A stretch of 64,000 nucleotides of DNA from Candidatus Limnocylindria bacterium (GTDB lineage: Bacteria; Chloroflexota; Limnocylindria; QHBO01), in the NCBI GenBank assembly GCA_035708065.1, contig DASSTC010000057.1:2788-66787 (forward strand), read 5' to 3'. Below are positions 10,423-19,734 of this stretch, piece by piece. A program made the translations under genes and the position numbers. The stretch's first letter is position 1; each line of letters begins with the position of its first letter. The notes beneath the pieces are model-generated. The model saw nothing but the letters and a program-made list of their open reading frames with translations. It was not told where the DNA came from and did no database searches.

Positions 10423-11423
10423 CGGCGATCAGCGGCCGCGTCGGCTCGCTTCGCTCCGGCCCGCGCGAGCTGGCGGTCGGCTGGGTGCGCCGCAACGGCT
10501 GGACCGCCGGTCTCATCGTGTTCCTCGCGGCGCTGCTCCTGTTCACCAAGCTCATCCAGCCGAACTACGGGATCCCCGGCCTGCAGGGCCTCGCGATCTC
10601 GGTGCTGCCCCTGGCCCTTGCCGCCGTCGCGCAGGCGGTCGTCGTCATCGCCGGCGGCCTGGACCTGTCGATCGGCTCGCTCATGGCGCTCACCAGCGTG
10701 ATCAGCGCCACGCTGATGCAGGGCCAGAGCCCCGAGGTCGCGGTGCTGATCGTCATCGGCGTCCTGCTGCTCGGCCTGGTGCTGGGAGCGATCAACGGCG
10801 GGCTGGTGGTGCTGACCAAGGTGCCCGACATTGTCGTCACGTTGGCGATGCTGTACGTCTGGGCCGGCTTCGCGCTGCTCGTGCGGCCGGCACCCGGTGG
10901 CGAGGCCGCCGACTGGCTGCGCCAGCTCGTCCTCGGCTCGTTCGTCTTCGACTGGCTGCCGAAGGCGGCGGTGGTGCTGGTCGTGGTCGTCGCGCTGGTC
11001 TGGGTGCCGGTCGTCCGCTCGAGGCTCGGGCTGTCGATCTATGCCGTCGGCAGCAACGCGCTGGCTGCGTTCCGCAGCGGCGTGTCGGTCGAGCGCACGA
11101 AGTTCCTGGCGTACGTGCTTGCCGGGCTCTTCGCCGCGCTTGCGGGGCTGTCGCTGACCGCGAGCACTGGGATCGGCACGCCGGTGCCCGGGCCGTACAC
11201 GCTCATGAGCGTCGCCGCGGTGGTGCTCGGCGGCGTGAGCCTGGCGGGAGGTCGGGGGGGCCTGTTCGGGACGCTGGTCGCCGTCGTCATCCTGCAGCTC
11301 ATTCGTACCGACATGACGTTCCTGAGCGTGAACACCAACCTGGCCGTCGTGGCGCAGGGCGTCATCCTCATCGTGGTGGTCATGGTCGGCAGCCTGATCC
11401 AGATGCGGAGGAGCCGCGTGTGA
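10419..11423 (+). CDS. sugar ABC transporter permease
   Basis: ATGA overlap with the ATPase stop. 334 aa polytopic protein of RbsC/AraH type. Confidence 0.9.
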   Translation: MTAISGRVGSLRSGPRELAVGWVRRNGWTAGLIVFLAALLLFTKLIQPNYGIPGLQGLAISVLPLALAAVAQAVVVIAGGLDLSIGSLMALTSVISATLMQGQSPEVAVLIVIGVLLLGLVLGAINGGLVVLTKVPDIVVTLAMLYVWAGFALLVRPAPGGEAADWLRQLVLGSFVFDWLPKAAVVLVVVVALVWVPVVRSRLGLSIYAVGSNALAAFRSGVSVERTKFLAYVLAGLFAALAGLSLTASTGIGTPVPGPYTLMSVAAVVLGGVSLAGGRGGLFGTLVAVVILQLIRTDMTFLSVNTNLAVVAQGVILIVVVMVGSLIQMRRSRV

Positions 11424-12406
11424 CCGAGGCAGTTCACGGCCTGCCGATCCGCGGCCAGGCGTCCTGGCGTCGCACGCTTCGCGACCGGCCGATCATTCCC
11501 CTGCTGATCCTGCTCGCGCTGCTGGTGCTCGCGATCCAGATCGCGCAGCCCGGGGTGGTCGGGCCGGCCTGGGCCGGCTACGTGCTGCGCCAGGCGATCC
11601 CGCTGGCGATCCTGGCGGGCTGCCAGACCATCGTGATGCTGACCGCCGGCATCGACCTGTCGGTCGGGGCGATCGCCTCGATGGCGGGCTTCCTGGTGGC
11701 CACGCTGGTCGCCGGCCAGGGGCTGCCGATCGCCATCCTGGCCGCCCTCGTCGCCGCGGCGCTGGCGGGCTTCGTCAACGGCATCGGCGTCGGCGTCTTC
11801 CGCGTCCACCCGCTGATCATGACCCTCGGCATGAGCCTGGTGGTGCTCGGCTTCGCCAATGTCTGGCAGCTGATGATGGTTCAGACGGGGTCCGGCGTGC
11901 CGGCGGAGCTGCGGACGATCGGCTCCGGGACGATCTCCGGCATCGTGCCGATGAGCCTGTTCGTGTTCGTGCCGGTCGCCCTGATCATCCTGTTCGGGCT
12001 GCGCACCACCGGGTTCGGCCGCCTGCTGTACGCCATCGGCGACAATCCGATCGCGGCACGCCTCTCCGGCGCGCGGTCGTGGAAGGTGCTCACCGCGCTG
12101 TACATCATCTCGGCGCTGCTGGCCGCGATCGCGGGCTTCCTGGTCACCGGCCTGACGAACACCGCGAGCGTCACGCTGGCCGATTCGCTGGTGCTGCCCT
12201 CGGTCGCCGCCGCGGTCATCGGCGGGACGTCGATCTTCGGCGGCCGCGGCGGCTACGGCGGGACGATCGTGGGCGCGCTGATCCTCACCGTCCTGGCCGC
12301 ACTGCTCACCATCCTGCACCTGCCCGAGCCGACGCGGCAGATCGTCTACGGCGCGCTCATCGTGCTCGTCGCCGCGGCCTACACCAAGGTCACCCTGGAG
12401 AGCTAG
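11420..12406 (+). CDS. sugar ABC transporter permease (second)
   Basis: GTG 11420 overlaps TGA 11421-11423 of permease 1. VTEAVHGLPIRG... is followed by a polytopic RbsC-type sequence. This is only the 3' third of track ORF 10268..12406. Confidence 0.85.
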   Translation: MTEAVHGLPIRGQASWRRTLRDRPIIPLLILLALLVLAIQIAQPGVVGPAWAGYVLRQAIPLAILAGCQTIVMLTAGIDLSVGAIASMAGFLVATLVAGQGLPIAILAALVAAALAGFVNGIGVGVFRVHPLIMTLGMSLVVLGFANVWQLMMVQTGSGVPAELRTIGSGTISGIVPMSLFVFVPVALIILFGLRTTGFGRLLYAIGDNPIAARLSGARSWKVLTALYIISALLAAIAGFLVTGLTNTASVTLADSLVLPSVAAAVIGGTSIFGGRGGYGGTIVGALILTVLAALLTILHLPEPTRQIVYGALIVLVAAAYTKVTLES

Positions 12407-12421
12407 CCGAACCCGTCCGGC

Positions 12422-13210
12422 TCAGCGCGGCGGCATCGCCTCGAAGCTGGCGTCGATCTCGCCGAGGACCCGCACCGTGGCATTCGTGACCACGCTGAGG
12501 TAGCGCTCGCCGAACTCCGCCGTCGCCTCGCGCGCGTCGCCCCACGTGCCGGAGTGCGAGGCGCGGTACACCGACCCGGGCGTCGAGAAGAAGAAGGCGG
12601 TGTGCACCGGCGCCTGGTTGGTGACGTCGGGGAACGGCGGCATCTCGGCGTTGGCGGCGTCCATGTCGACCAGCTCCGGATCGATGGCCAGCACCGCCGA
12701 GATCTCCCCGCGGTTGGCATGCAGGCCGGTCGACGGGCCGAAGAACTCCGACGCCTCCTCGGCGCTCATCCCGTCCCAGTAGTTGATCGGGAAGGCCTGC
12801 ACGCCGGTCGGCAGCCGGGACGCCGCATTGGCACACGCATAGGCGATCGCGTAGGTGTTGTCGTAGTGGCCGTTGAGGAAGACGATCCGCCTGAAGCCCA
12901 TGGCGGCGAGCGACGCCGCGACATCCTCGACGAGCGCCATGAAGGTCGGGATGCGCAGATGCGCGACGCCGGTGAACCCGACGTGCGGGTACGAGAGCCC
13001 GTAGTTGATCGACGGTGCGATCGCGGCGCCGATGCGCTCCGCCACCCGCCGGGCGACCTCCGTCGGCACCAGCACGTCGGTCAGGAGCGGGCCGTGCGGC
13101 CCGTGCTGCTCGGTCGAGCCGGTCGGGACCAGCACGGTGCCGTGCTCGGCCACGAACGCCTCGACCTCGCGATTGGTCATCTCCCCGAGGAACGCGGTCG
13201 CGCGCTTCAT
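12422..13210 (-). CDS. creatininase-family amidohydrolase
   Basis: VPTGSTEQHGPHGPLLTD motif characteristic of the creatininase family; 262 aa. Confidence 0.85.
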   Translation of the reverse strand: MKRATAFLGEMTNREVEAFVAEHGTVLVPTGSTEQHGPHGPLLTDVLVPTEVARRVAERIGAAIAPSINYGLSYPHVGFTGVAHLRIPTFMALVEDVAASLAAMGFRRIVFLNGHYDNTYAIAYACANAASRLPTGVQAFPINYWDGMSAEEASEFFGPSTGLHANRGEISAVLAIDPELVDMDAANAEMPPFPDVTNQAPVHTAFFFSTPGSVYRASHSGTWGDAREATAEFGERYLSVVTNATVRVLGEIDASFEAMPPR

Positions 13211-13233
13211 CCGGTCGAATCCTCCTGTGCGGC

Positions 13234-13998
13234 TCAGTACGCGCCGCTGTCGTCGACGCCGCCGCTGGCCGCGGTCGCCGCGACGGTCGAGCCCGCCTTG
13301 CGAGCGCGGAAGTCGTCGATGATCGTCTTCGTCGCCGTCGCGCCGATGCGGGTGACGCCGAGTGCCATGACCTCGAGCAGCGCGTCGAGCGTCCGGACGC
13401 CGCCGGCCGCCTTGATCCGGACGTGCGGCGAGGTGTTGGCGCGCATGAGGCGCAGGTCGTGGTGCGTGGCGCCGCTCGGCGCGTAGCCGGTCGAGGTCTT
13501 CACGAAGTCGGCGCCGGCCGCCTCGGAGAGATGGCAGGCACGGATCTTCTCGTCGTCGGTGAGGTAGGCGTTCTCGAAGATCACCTTGACGATCGCGCCG
13601 CGCGCATGCGCGACGTCGACGACCGCCGCGATATCGGCCTGCACGTCGTCATCGCGCCCCGACTTCAGCGCGCCGATCGGCAGCACCATGTCGAGCTCGG
13701 TGGCGCCGTCGTCGAGCGCGTGCTGTGCCTCGAAGACCTTCGTGGCGGTCAGATGGTTGCCATGCGGGAAGCCGACCGTGGCCGCGATGCCCACATCGGT
13801 TCCGGCCAGCAGCTCGCGCGCTCGCGCGACATCGGCCGGTCGCACGCAGACGGTCGCGACGTCGTACTCGACCGCCAGGCGGCAGCCGTCGGCGATGAAC
13901 GCGTCGTCGAGCTCAGGGCGCAGCAGCGAATGGTCGATCGTCTTGGCGATGTCTCGCTCGGTCAGGTCCGCGATCGAGAGCGGTGTCACGTCGCTCAC
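13234..13998 (-). CDS. deoC: deoxyribose-phosphate aldolase
   Basis: IDHSLLRPE...CVRP...VGFPHG...VKVI...DFVKTSTG (Schiff-base Lys region) pattern. GTG 13998 overlaps the upstream gene stop (GTGA). The rest of the track ORF is an Arg-rich extension. Confidence 0.85.
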   Translation of the reverse strand: MSDVTPLSIADLTERDIAKTIDHSLLRPELDDAFIADGCRLAVEYDVATVCVRPADVARARELLAGTDVGIAATVGFPHGNHLTATKVFEAQHALDDGATELDMVLPIGALKSGRDDDVQADIAAVVDVAHARGAIVKVIFENAYLTDDEKIRACHLSEAAGADFVKTSTGYAPSGATHHDLRLMRANTSPHVRIKAAGGVRTLDALLEVMALGVTRIGATATKTIIDDFRARKAGSTVAATAASGGVDDSGAY

Positions 13999-14909
13999 TT
14001 GATGTACGGCCGCAGGATGTCGCGGGCCAGCAGGAAGCCGCGCTTCACCAGCTCGTCCGTTCCCTCGAAGTCGCGGTCCTCGTGCTCGATGATGACGTCG
14101 CCGTCGTAGCCGGCGCGCCAGAGTGCCGAGAAGATGTCGGCCCAGTTCGCGTCGCCCAGCCCCGGCAGCCGCGGGATCTGCCAGCCGATGCCACCCGACA
14201 GCGTGCCGCGCTCGTACAGGCCGTCCCAGTCGATCTGCACGTCCTTGGCCTGCACGTGGAGGATGTTCGGCCCGAACTCCCGGATGAAGCGCGGCTGGTC
14301 GATCATCAACCAGACGAGATGCGAGGGGTCGTAGTTCAGGCCGACCACGTCGCCCCACTCGCCGATGATCCGGCGCCAGATGTACGGCGACCAGGCGATG
14401 TTGTTGCCCGCCGGCCACTCGTCGCGGGTGAAGATCATGGGGCAGTTCTCGATCGTAATGCGCACGCCGTGGCCTCGTGCGTGATCGACGATCGCCGGCC
14501 AGATCTCGAGCGCGGTCTCCCAGTTCTCGTCCACCGACTTCACCGGGTCGCCGCCCATGAACGTGTTGACGAACGGCACGCGCATCTTGGCTGCCGCCTC
14601 GATGACGAGCTTGATGTGGGCGATCGCCGCCTCGCGCGTCTCGCGGTCGGGGTGCATCGGGTTCGGATAGAAGCCCAGGCCGGAGATCGTCAGCCCCTTG
14701 CTCTCGACCTCGTCCCGGATCTCGCCAGCCTGCTGGTCGGAAAGGTTGGCGACGTCGATGTGCGAGGTGCCGGCGTAGCGGCGCGTCGGCCCCGAGGAGC
14801 GTGGCCAGCAGGCGATCTCCAGGCTCTCGAAGCCGCTCGCTGCCGCCCAGTCGGCGACCTCGGGCAGCGGCAGCTCCGGAAATGGTGCGGTCAGGATGCC
14901 AAGTCTCAT
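13995..14909 (-). CDS. sugar phosphate isomerase/epimerase (xylose-isomerase-like TIM barrel)
   Basis: MRLGILTAPF...GFESLEI...ITIENCP...HVQAKD...IIEHED motif series; ATGA overlap at both ends. Confidence 0.85.
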   Translation of the reverse strand: MRLGILTAPFPELPLPEVADWAAASGFESLEIACWPRSSGPTRRYAGTSHIDVANLSDQQAGEIRDEVESKGLTISGLGFYPNPMHPDRETREAAIAHIKLVIEAAAKMRVPFVNTFMGGDPVKSVDENWETALEIWPAIVDHARGHGVRITIENCPMIFTRDEWPAGNNIAWSPYIWRRIIGEWGDVVGLNYDPSHLVWLMIDQPRFIREFGPNILHVQAKDVQIDWDGLYERGTLSGGIGWQIPRLPGLGDANWADIFSALWRAGYDGDVIIEHEDRDFEGTDELVKRGFLLARDILRPYIK

Positions 14910-16081
14910 GCAGTCTCCTTGCGACGGGCGGCGGGCGCCACGTCGATCCAGCTTCGGGTCCGTGCGCTCTCGGCGATCGCGTCGCCGATGAGCATCTCGT
15001 GGTGGCCGTCCGCGAACGTCGCGTACGGCGGGTCCGCCGACCGGTGGCCGGCGGCGATGTCGGAATAGATCGCCCGGAACAGCGCCGCGAACGTGTCGGC
15101 GAAGCCTTCGACGTGGCCGGCCGGCAGCGCCGCGGCCGCCTGGCCGTGGACGCCCATCAACGCCGGGTTCTTGATCAGGACCTCGTTCGCGCCGTCGCGA
15201 TGCCCGAGCCACAGCTGATCGGGCTGCTCGGAGTCCCAGGCGAGGGACCCCGCCGAGCCGTCGATCTCGTACGTCAGCGAATTCTTGCGGCCCGGGCTGA
15301 CCTGGCTGATGCTCACCGAGCCGCGCGCGCCGTTGTCGAAGCGCAGCAGGATGTTGGCGACGTCCTCGGTCGCGATTTCGCGCGCCGCCGTCTCCCCGGC
15401 GGATGCCGTGAACGTCTCGACCGGCCCCGCCGGCTCCTGGTGCATCGGTACGAAGGTGGCGAGGTCCGCCATGACCGATGCGACGCGCAGCCCGCTGACG
15501 TGCGCGACGAGGTCGAGCCAGTGCGAGCCGATGTCGCCGACCGCGCGCAGGGCGCCGCCCCGCTCTGGCAGCAGCCGCCAGTTCCAGTCGGTCTGGTAGA
15601 GCAGCCAGTCCTGGAAATAGTGCCCGGTCACCAGCCGCAGCTCGCCCAGCGTTCCGTCGGCCACGACGTCGCGGGCGTGCTGGTTGACCGGGTAGAAGCG
15701 GATGTTGAAGTTCACCGCCGCGACGCGATCGGTCGTGGCCGCCAGCTCGACCAGCTCTGCCGACTCGGCCGAGGTCATGGCCAGCGGCTTCTCGCACACG
15801 ACGTGCTTCCCGGCGCGCAGGACGGCTGCCGCCTGGGCGAAGTGCAGATCGTTCGGTGAGGTCACGTGCACGGCGTCGACCTGTGCGTCGGCCAACAGCT
15901 CGTCGAGCGACGCGTAGGCGCGCGGCAGGCCGAGTCGCTCGGCGTTCGCGACGCCACGTTCGGGGGTGCTGGCCAGCACGCCGGTGACCTGCACGCCGAT
16001 GCGTCGCAGGGCCTCGATGTGGACCGTGCCGATGAATCCGGCACCGATGACCGCCGTTCGAACCGCCGCCACTCCGCGCAC
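14906..16081 (-). CDS. Gfo/Idh/MocA-family oxidoreductase
   Basis: VRTAVIGAGFIGTVH Rossmann N-terminus and VVCEKP motif. Start chosen at GTG 16081; GTG 16072 is also possible. Confidence 0.85.
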   Translation of the reverse strand: MRGVAAVRTAVIGAGFIGTVHIEALRRIGVQVTGVLASTPERGVANAERLGLPRAYASLDELLADAQVDAVHVTSPNDLHFAQAAAVLRAGKHVVCEKPLAMTSAESAELVELAATTDRVAAVNFNIRFYPVNQHARDVVADGTLGELRLVTGHYFQDWLLYQTDWNWRLLPERGGALRAVGDIGSHWLDLVAHVSGLRVASVMADLATFVPMHQEPAGPVETFTASAGETAAREIATEDVANILLRFDNGARGSVSISQVSPGRKNSLTYEIDGSAGSLAWDSEQPDQLWLGHRDGANEVLIKNPALMGVHGQAAAALPAGHVEGFADTFAALFRAIYSDIAAGHRSADPPYATFADGHHEMLIGDAIAESARTRSWIDVAPAARRKETA

Positions 16082-16116
16082 CTGTCTAGACAACCTTGCC
16101 TGTCGATGGTACCGAG

Positions 16117-17748
16117 TCACATGGCATCGTGCAGGACCGTTCCCTCGAGCAGCGTCATGGCCACGGTCGCGTCGCCGATCGGTCCCGCGTCGCGATCCAG
16201 GATGTCGCGATCGAGGACCACGAGGTCGGCCGACTTCCCCGGCTCGATCGACCCGCACACCGCCTCGAGATGGTTCACGTACGCGGCGCCACTGGTGTAC
16301 GCGGCGAGCGCCTGCGCGAGTGTCAGCGACTCAGCGGGAACGAGGGCAGGCGCCGCGCGGTTCTCCGGCGAGACGCGGTTCACGGCCGTCTCGACCTCGA
16401 GCAGCGCGTTCGGCGTGCTCACCGTCCAGTCGCTGCCGCCGGCCAGGGTCGCCCCGGCGCGGGCCAGGCTGGCGAACGGGTACTGCAGGCCGATCCGTTC
16501 CGGCGGCAGGAACGGGATGGTGTAGTCGTCCATCTGGGCGTCGTGGCACGCCCAGTAGGGCTGGATGTTGGCGACCGCGCCGAGCTCGGCGAAGCGTGGG
16601 ATGTCGACCGGGTCGACGACCTGCAGGTGCGCCAGGTGGTGCCGGTGATCGTTCGCGCCGTTCGCGCGCCGCGCGGCCGCGACGCCGTCGAGCGCGACGC
16701 GCACCGCCCGGTCGCCCAGCGCGTGGAAGTGAACCTGGAAGCCGAGCGCGTCGAGCCGCGTCACCGCCTCCGACAGCAGCGCCGGCTCCAGGAAGGTGAG
16801 GCCGCGGTTCGACGTCGGCGTGCCGGTCGCGTCGAGATACGGATGCAGCATCGCCGCGGTGAAGTTCTCGGCCACGCCGTCGACCATGATCTTCACCGTA
16901 TTGCCATCCAGCCGGCCGAGCGTCCCGCGTTCGCGTCGCTCGACGATCGAGTCGACCTGCTCGAGCCCCTGCCGGCGCTCCCACCAGTGCGCCGCGACGA
17001 CCCGGGCCGTCAGCTCGCCGCGCTCGGCGAGGATGCGGTACGCCTCGAGCTCGAGCGGCTCGACCCATGCGTCCTGGAAGGCAGTGATCCCCAGCCGGTT
17101 AAGGTGGGCCTGCCCGAGGCGGATCCCCTCGACGACCTCCTCGAGCGTCGTCTCGGGCAGGAACGCGCGTGCCCGCTCCATCGCGCCCTCGTGGACCGTG
17201 CCGGCCGGCGTGCCGTCGCCTTCCCGCTCGATCCGTCCGTCGGGCGGATCGGCAGCCTCGCGGATGTAGCCGACCCGCTCGAGCGCCGGGGTGTTCAGCC
17301 AGGCGCGGTGCCCGTCGCGATCGGTGAAGAACGCCGGCCGGCCCGGCACCGCCCGGTCGAGGTCGTGGCGCGCCGGCGTGCCGCCGGGAAATGCCGCCAT
17401 GTACCAGCCGCTGCCCACGATCCACTCGAGGTTGGGATGGCGCAGGGCGTACGCGCCGATCGCGTCCAGGTAGACGTCGAGCGACGGCGGCAGCTCGTCG
17501 AGCGGACAGCGGGTCATCTTCACGCCCGCCGACGAGGGATGGACGTGCGCGTCGCCGAACGACGGGAGCAGCGTTCGGCCACGGAGCTCGATCGTCCGCG
17601 TTCGGGCGCCGACCAGCGACGCGACGTCGGCATCGGTGCCGACTGCCAGGATGCGTCCCGCGCCGACGGCGACCGCCGAGGCCGTCGAGCGAGTGGCGTC
17701 CATGGTCAGGACGCTGCCGCCCAGGAAGGCGAGGTCGGCATCGGTCAT
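16117..17748 (-). CDS. metal-dependent amidohydrolase (YtcJ-like)
   Basis: FGDAHVHP metal motif, HFHALGD, GSDW. ATG 17748 overlaps the MFS stop (ATGA). Confidence 0.85.
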   Translation of the reverse strand: MTDADLAFLGGSVLTMDATRSTASAVAVGAGRILAVGTDADVASLVGARTRTIELRGRTLLPSFGDAHVHPSSAGVKMTRCPLDELPPSLDVYLDAIGAYALRHPNLEWIVGSGWYMAAFPGGTPARHDLDRAVPGRPAFFTDRDGHRAWLNTPALERVGYIREAADPPDGRIEREGDGTPAGTVHEGAMERARAFLPETTLEEVVEGIRLGQAHLNRLGITAFQDAWVEPLELEAYRILAERGELTARVVAAHWWERRQGLEQVDSIVERRERGTLGRLDGNTVKIMVDGVAENFTAAMLHPYLDATGTPTSNRGLTFLEPALLSEAVTRLDALGFQVHFHALGDRAVRVALDGVAAARRANGANDHRHHLAHLQVVDPVDIPRFAELGAVANIQPYWACHDAQMDDYTIPFLPPERIGLQYPFASLARAGATLAGGSDWTVSTPNALLEVETAVNRVSPENRAAPALVPAESLTLAQALAAYTSGAAYVNHLEAVCGSIEPGKSADLVVLDRDILDRDAGPIGDATVAMTLLEGTVLHDAM

Positions 17749-18986
17749 GCGGATGGCTCGTCGCGCGGCGTCGTGCGGATGGGGATGATCGCCAGGCCGC
17801 CGGCCACGAAGGTGAGGGCCATGATCCAGAACACCATCGGCAGCCCGGCGACGTCGCCTGCCGCTCCGAGGATGACGCCGAAGACCGCGGTCCACAGCGA
17901 GCCGACGCCGAACGCCAGGGTGAAGTACGTCGAGAAGGCCGTGTCACGGACGGCGGGCGGCGCGATGTCGGCCAGGATCGCCTGCAGCTGCGGGCTCTCG
18001 ACGTAGGCGAACACGCTGATCACCACGATCGCCGCCCAGACGACGGCCAGGTTCGAGCCGGCCAGGACGAAGAGCGCCATGCCGGCGGCGGCGAACAGGT
18101 AGGCCGCCAGGATCACCGGCCGTCGACCGATGCGGTCCGACAGCCAGCCGGCGGCCAGCGGCGCGGGCACGCTGCCGAGCAGCAGCACGGTGTACATCCA
18201 GCCGATGGTGGTGGTGTCGAGGTGGAGCACCTCGGACAGGTAGAGCGGCACGAACAGGGTGATCACGCCCAGCCCGCGGCCGCCCGCGGCGACCACCGAG
18301 GCGAAGTACAGCATCAGCAGGTCGCGATCGCGGAGGACCGATGCAAAGGCGTTGCGCAGCGAGCCATGCGCGCGCGCCGCCTCCCGGTCGGCGCCCGACT
18401 CGCGCACGAGGGCGGCGATGGCGATCGCGATGAGGATCGCCGGTACACCGAACAGGACCACCGTGCTGCGCCAGCCGATGCCGGCGATGAGCCAGGTGCC
18501 GATCAGCGGCACGGCCAGCGTGCCCACGTTGCCCCCGGCGATGTGGGCGCTGATCGCGAAGCCCCGGCGATGTGGCGGGAACTGCTCGGCGAGCAGCGCG
18601 TTGCCGACCGGATGCTGCGGCGAGGCGCCGATCTTCGAGGCGACGTTTGCCGCCGAGAACGCCCCGAAGCTGTGGACGAGGCCCTGCAGCGCCATGCCGC
18701 CGCCGAAGACGATGCCGCCGGCGACCAGGATGGCGCGCCGCGAGAAGGCTCGCGTCAGGCCGCTGTAGCCGAGCTGCGCAAGGCCCGAGGTCAGGCTGCC
18801 GACCGCGCTGAGGATGGCGATCGCCGCCGCATCGACGTGCATCTCGTCGATGACCTGCAGGTAGACCAGCGGCAGCAGGATCGCCAGGGCGTGGTTGACC
18901 GCGTGCGCGCCGGCGAGCAGCCACAGCGTGCGGATCGGGCGCACCGCAGCACCGGCCGCGGGCTGCAGGCTACGGGGAATGGCCAC
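17745..18986 (-). CDS. MFS transporter
   Basis: 413 aa polytopic protein with a GWLSDRIGRRP-type MFS loop; GTG start. Confidence 0.85.
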   Translation of the reverse strand: MAIPRSLQPAAGAAVRPIRTLWLLAGAHAVNHALAILLPLVYLQVIDEMHVDAAAIAILSAVGSLTSGLAQLGYSGLTRAFSRRAILVAGGIVFGGGMALQGLVHSFGAFSAANVASKIGASPQHPVGNALLAEQFPPHRRGFAISAHIAGGNVGTLAVPLIGTWLIAGIGWRSTVVLFGVPAILIAIAIAALVRESGADREAARAHGSLRNAFASVLRDRDLLMLYFASVVAAGGRGLGVITLFVPLYLSEVLHLDTTTIGWMYTVLLLGSVPAPLAAGWLSDRIGRRPVILAAYLFAAAGMALFVLAGSNLAVVWAAIVVISVFAYVESPQLQAILADIAPPAVRDTAFSTYFTLAFGVGSLWTAVFGVILGAAGDVAGLPMVFWIMALTFVAGGLAIIPIRTTPRDEPSA

Positions 18987-19187
18987 CTCGCGACGTTACG
19001 TGATCGGGAGCCGGTCGCGCGGTGGTCAGCCGCATCTCGCGGCGAGCAACGCCGCGCTTCGGGCGAACAGGACCGCCGAAAAGGGGCCATCCGGCCCGAT
19101 CGCCGCCATGCCCCGGCAAGGGATCCTCGGTCGGGCTCCGGCCGCTTCGCCGGAGTGATTCAGCACGCACCCCGAGGACCGACATCC

Positions 19188-19685
19188 GTGCCATCCCGAT
19201 TGCGCCTCTGCCTCCTGCTCCTGCTCGCCGCCACGCTCGCCGCGTGCACTGCCGCACCGCCTGCCGGGCGGATGCCAACCGGACCCGCCAGCGGCGGAAT
19301 GATGGCGGGCGGATCCGGCAACATGTCGTTCGAGATCCACGCGTCGCCGACCTGCTCGTGCTGCCACGGGTGGACGTCGTACCTCGATGCCGCCGGCGCG
19401 CGGACATCGACCGTCGCCGAGCAGGACATGCCCTCGTTCAAGATGGCCCGGGCGGTCCCGCAGGCGCTGTGGAGCTGCCATACGGCGATGATCGGCGGCT
19501 ACGTCGTCGAGGGTCATGTGCCGATCGCCGCGGTCCAGCGACTGCTCGCCGAGCGGCCGGCGGTCGACGGGATCGCGGTCGCCGGGATGCCGGCCGGCTC
19601 GCCGGGGATGCCGGGCGAGCAGAACGGCCCGCTCCAGGTGATGGCGTTCAGCCCCGAGGGCATCACGCTCTTCGGCGAGTACTAG
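19188..19685 (+). CDS. DUF411 metal (copper)-binding lipoprotein
   Basis: Signal/lipobox LLLAATLAAC, then CSCCHGW...SCHTAMIGGYVVEGHVP...GMPAGSPGMPG, the DUF411 signature. This is only the last 165 codons of track ORF 17391..19685. Confidence 0.8.
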   Translation: MPSRLRLCLLLLLAATLAACTAAPPAGRMPTGPASGGMMAGGSGNMSFEIHASPTCSCCHGWTSYLDAAGARTSTVAEQDMPSFKMARAVPQALWSCHTAMIGGYVVEGHVPIAAVQRLLAERPAVDGIAVAGMPAGSPGMPGEQNGPLQVMAFSPEGITLFGEY

Positions 19686-19734
19686 AGCGCCCGCTCGCCG
19701 GTGCGTCCCGGCCGTCGGCCGTAGACTTGCCGGC

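Noticed and set aside
10268-11419. 5' part of the 712-aa ORF 10268..12406
   Set aside because: It runs out of frame through the ATPase 3' end and the whole first permease gene, with Arg/Pro/Gly-rich composition. The real second permease starts at GTG 11420.
18993-19002. ACGTTACGTG near the MFS start, resembling the perfect palindrome GCACGTCACGTGC at 47233-47245 in the DoxX divergent promoter
   Set aside because: Only the 8-9 nt ACGTnACGT(G) core is shared, and only one of the two sites is a real palindrome. That is too little to claim a common operator, although the 47233-47245 palindrome alone may merit an EMSA.
17391-19187. First ~600 codons of the 764-aa plus-strand ORF 17391..19685
   Set aside because: It is an antisense shadow of the amidohydrolase and MFS genes (Arg/Gly-rich). 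Only the last 165 codons, from GTG 19188, form the DUF411 protein with its own signal peptide.
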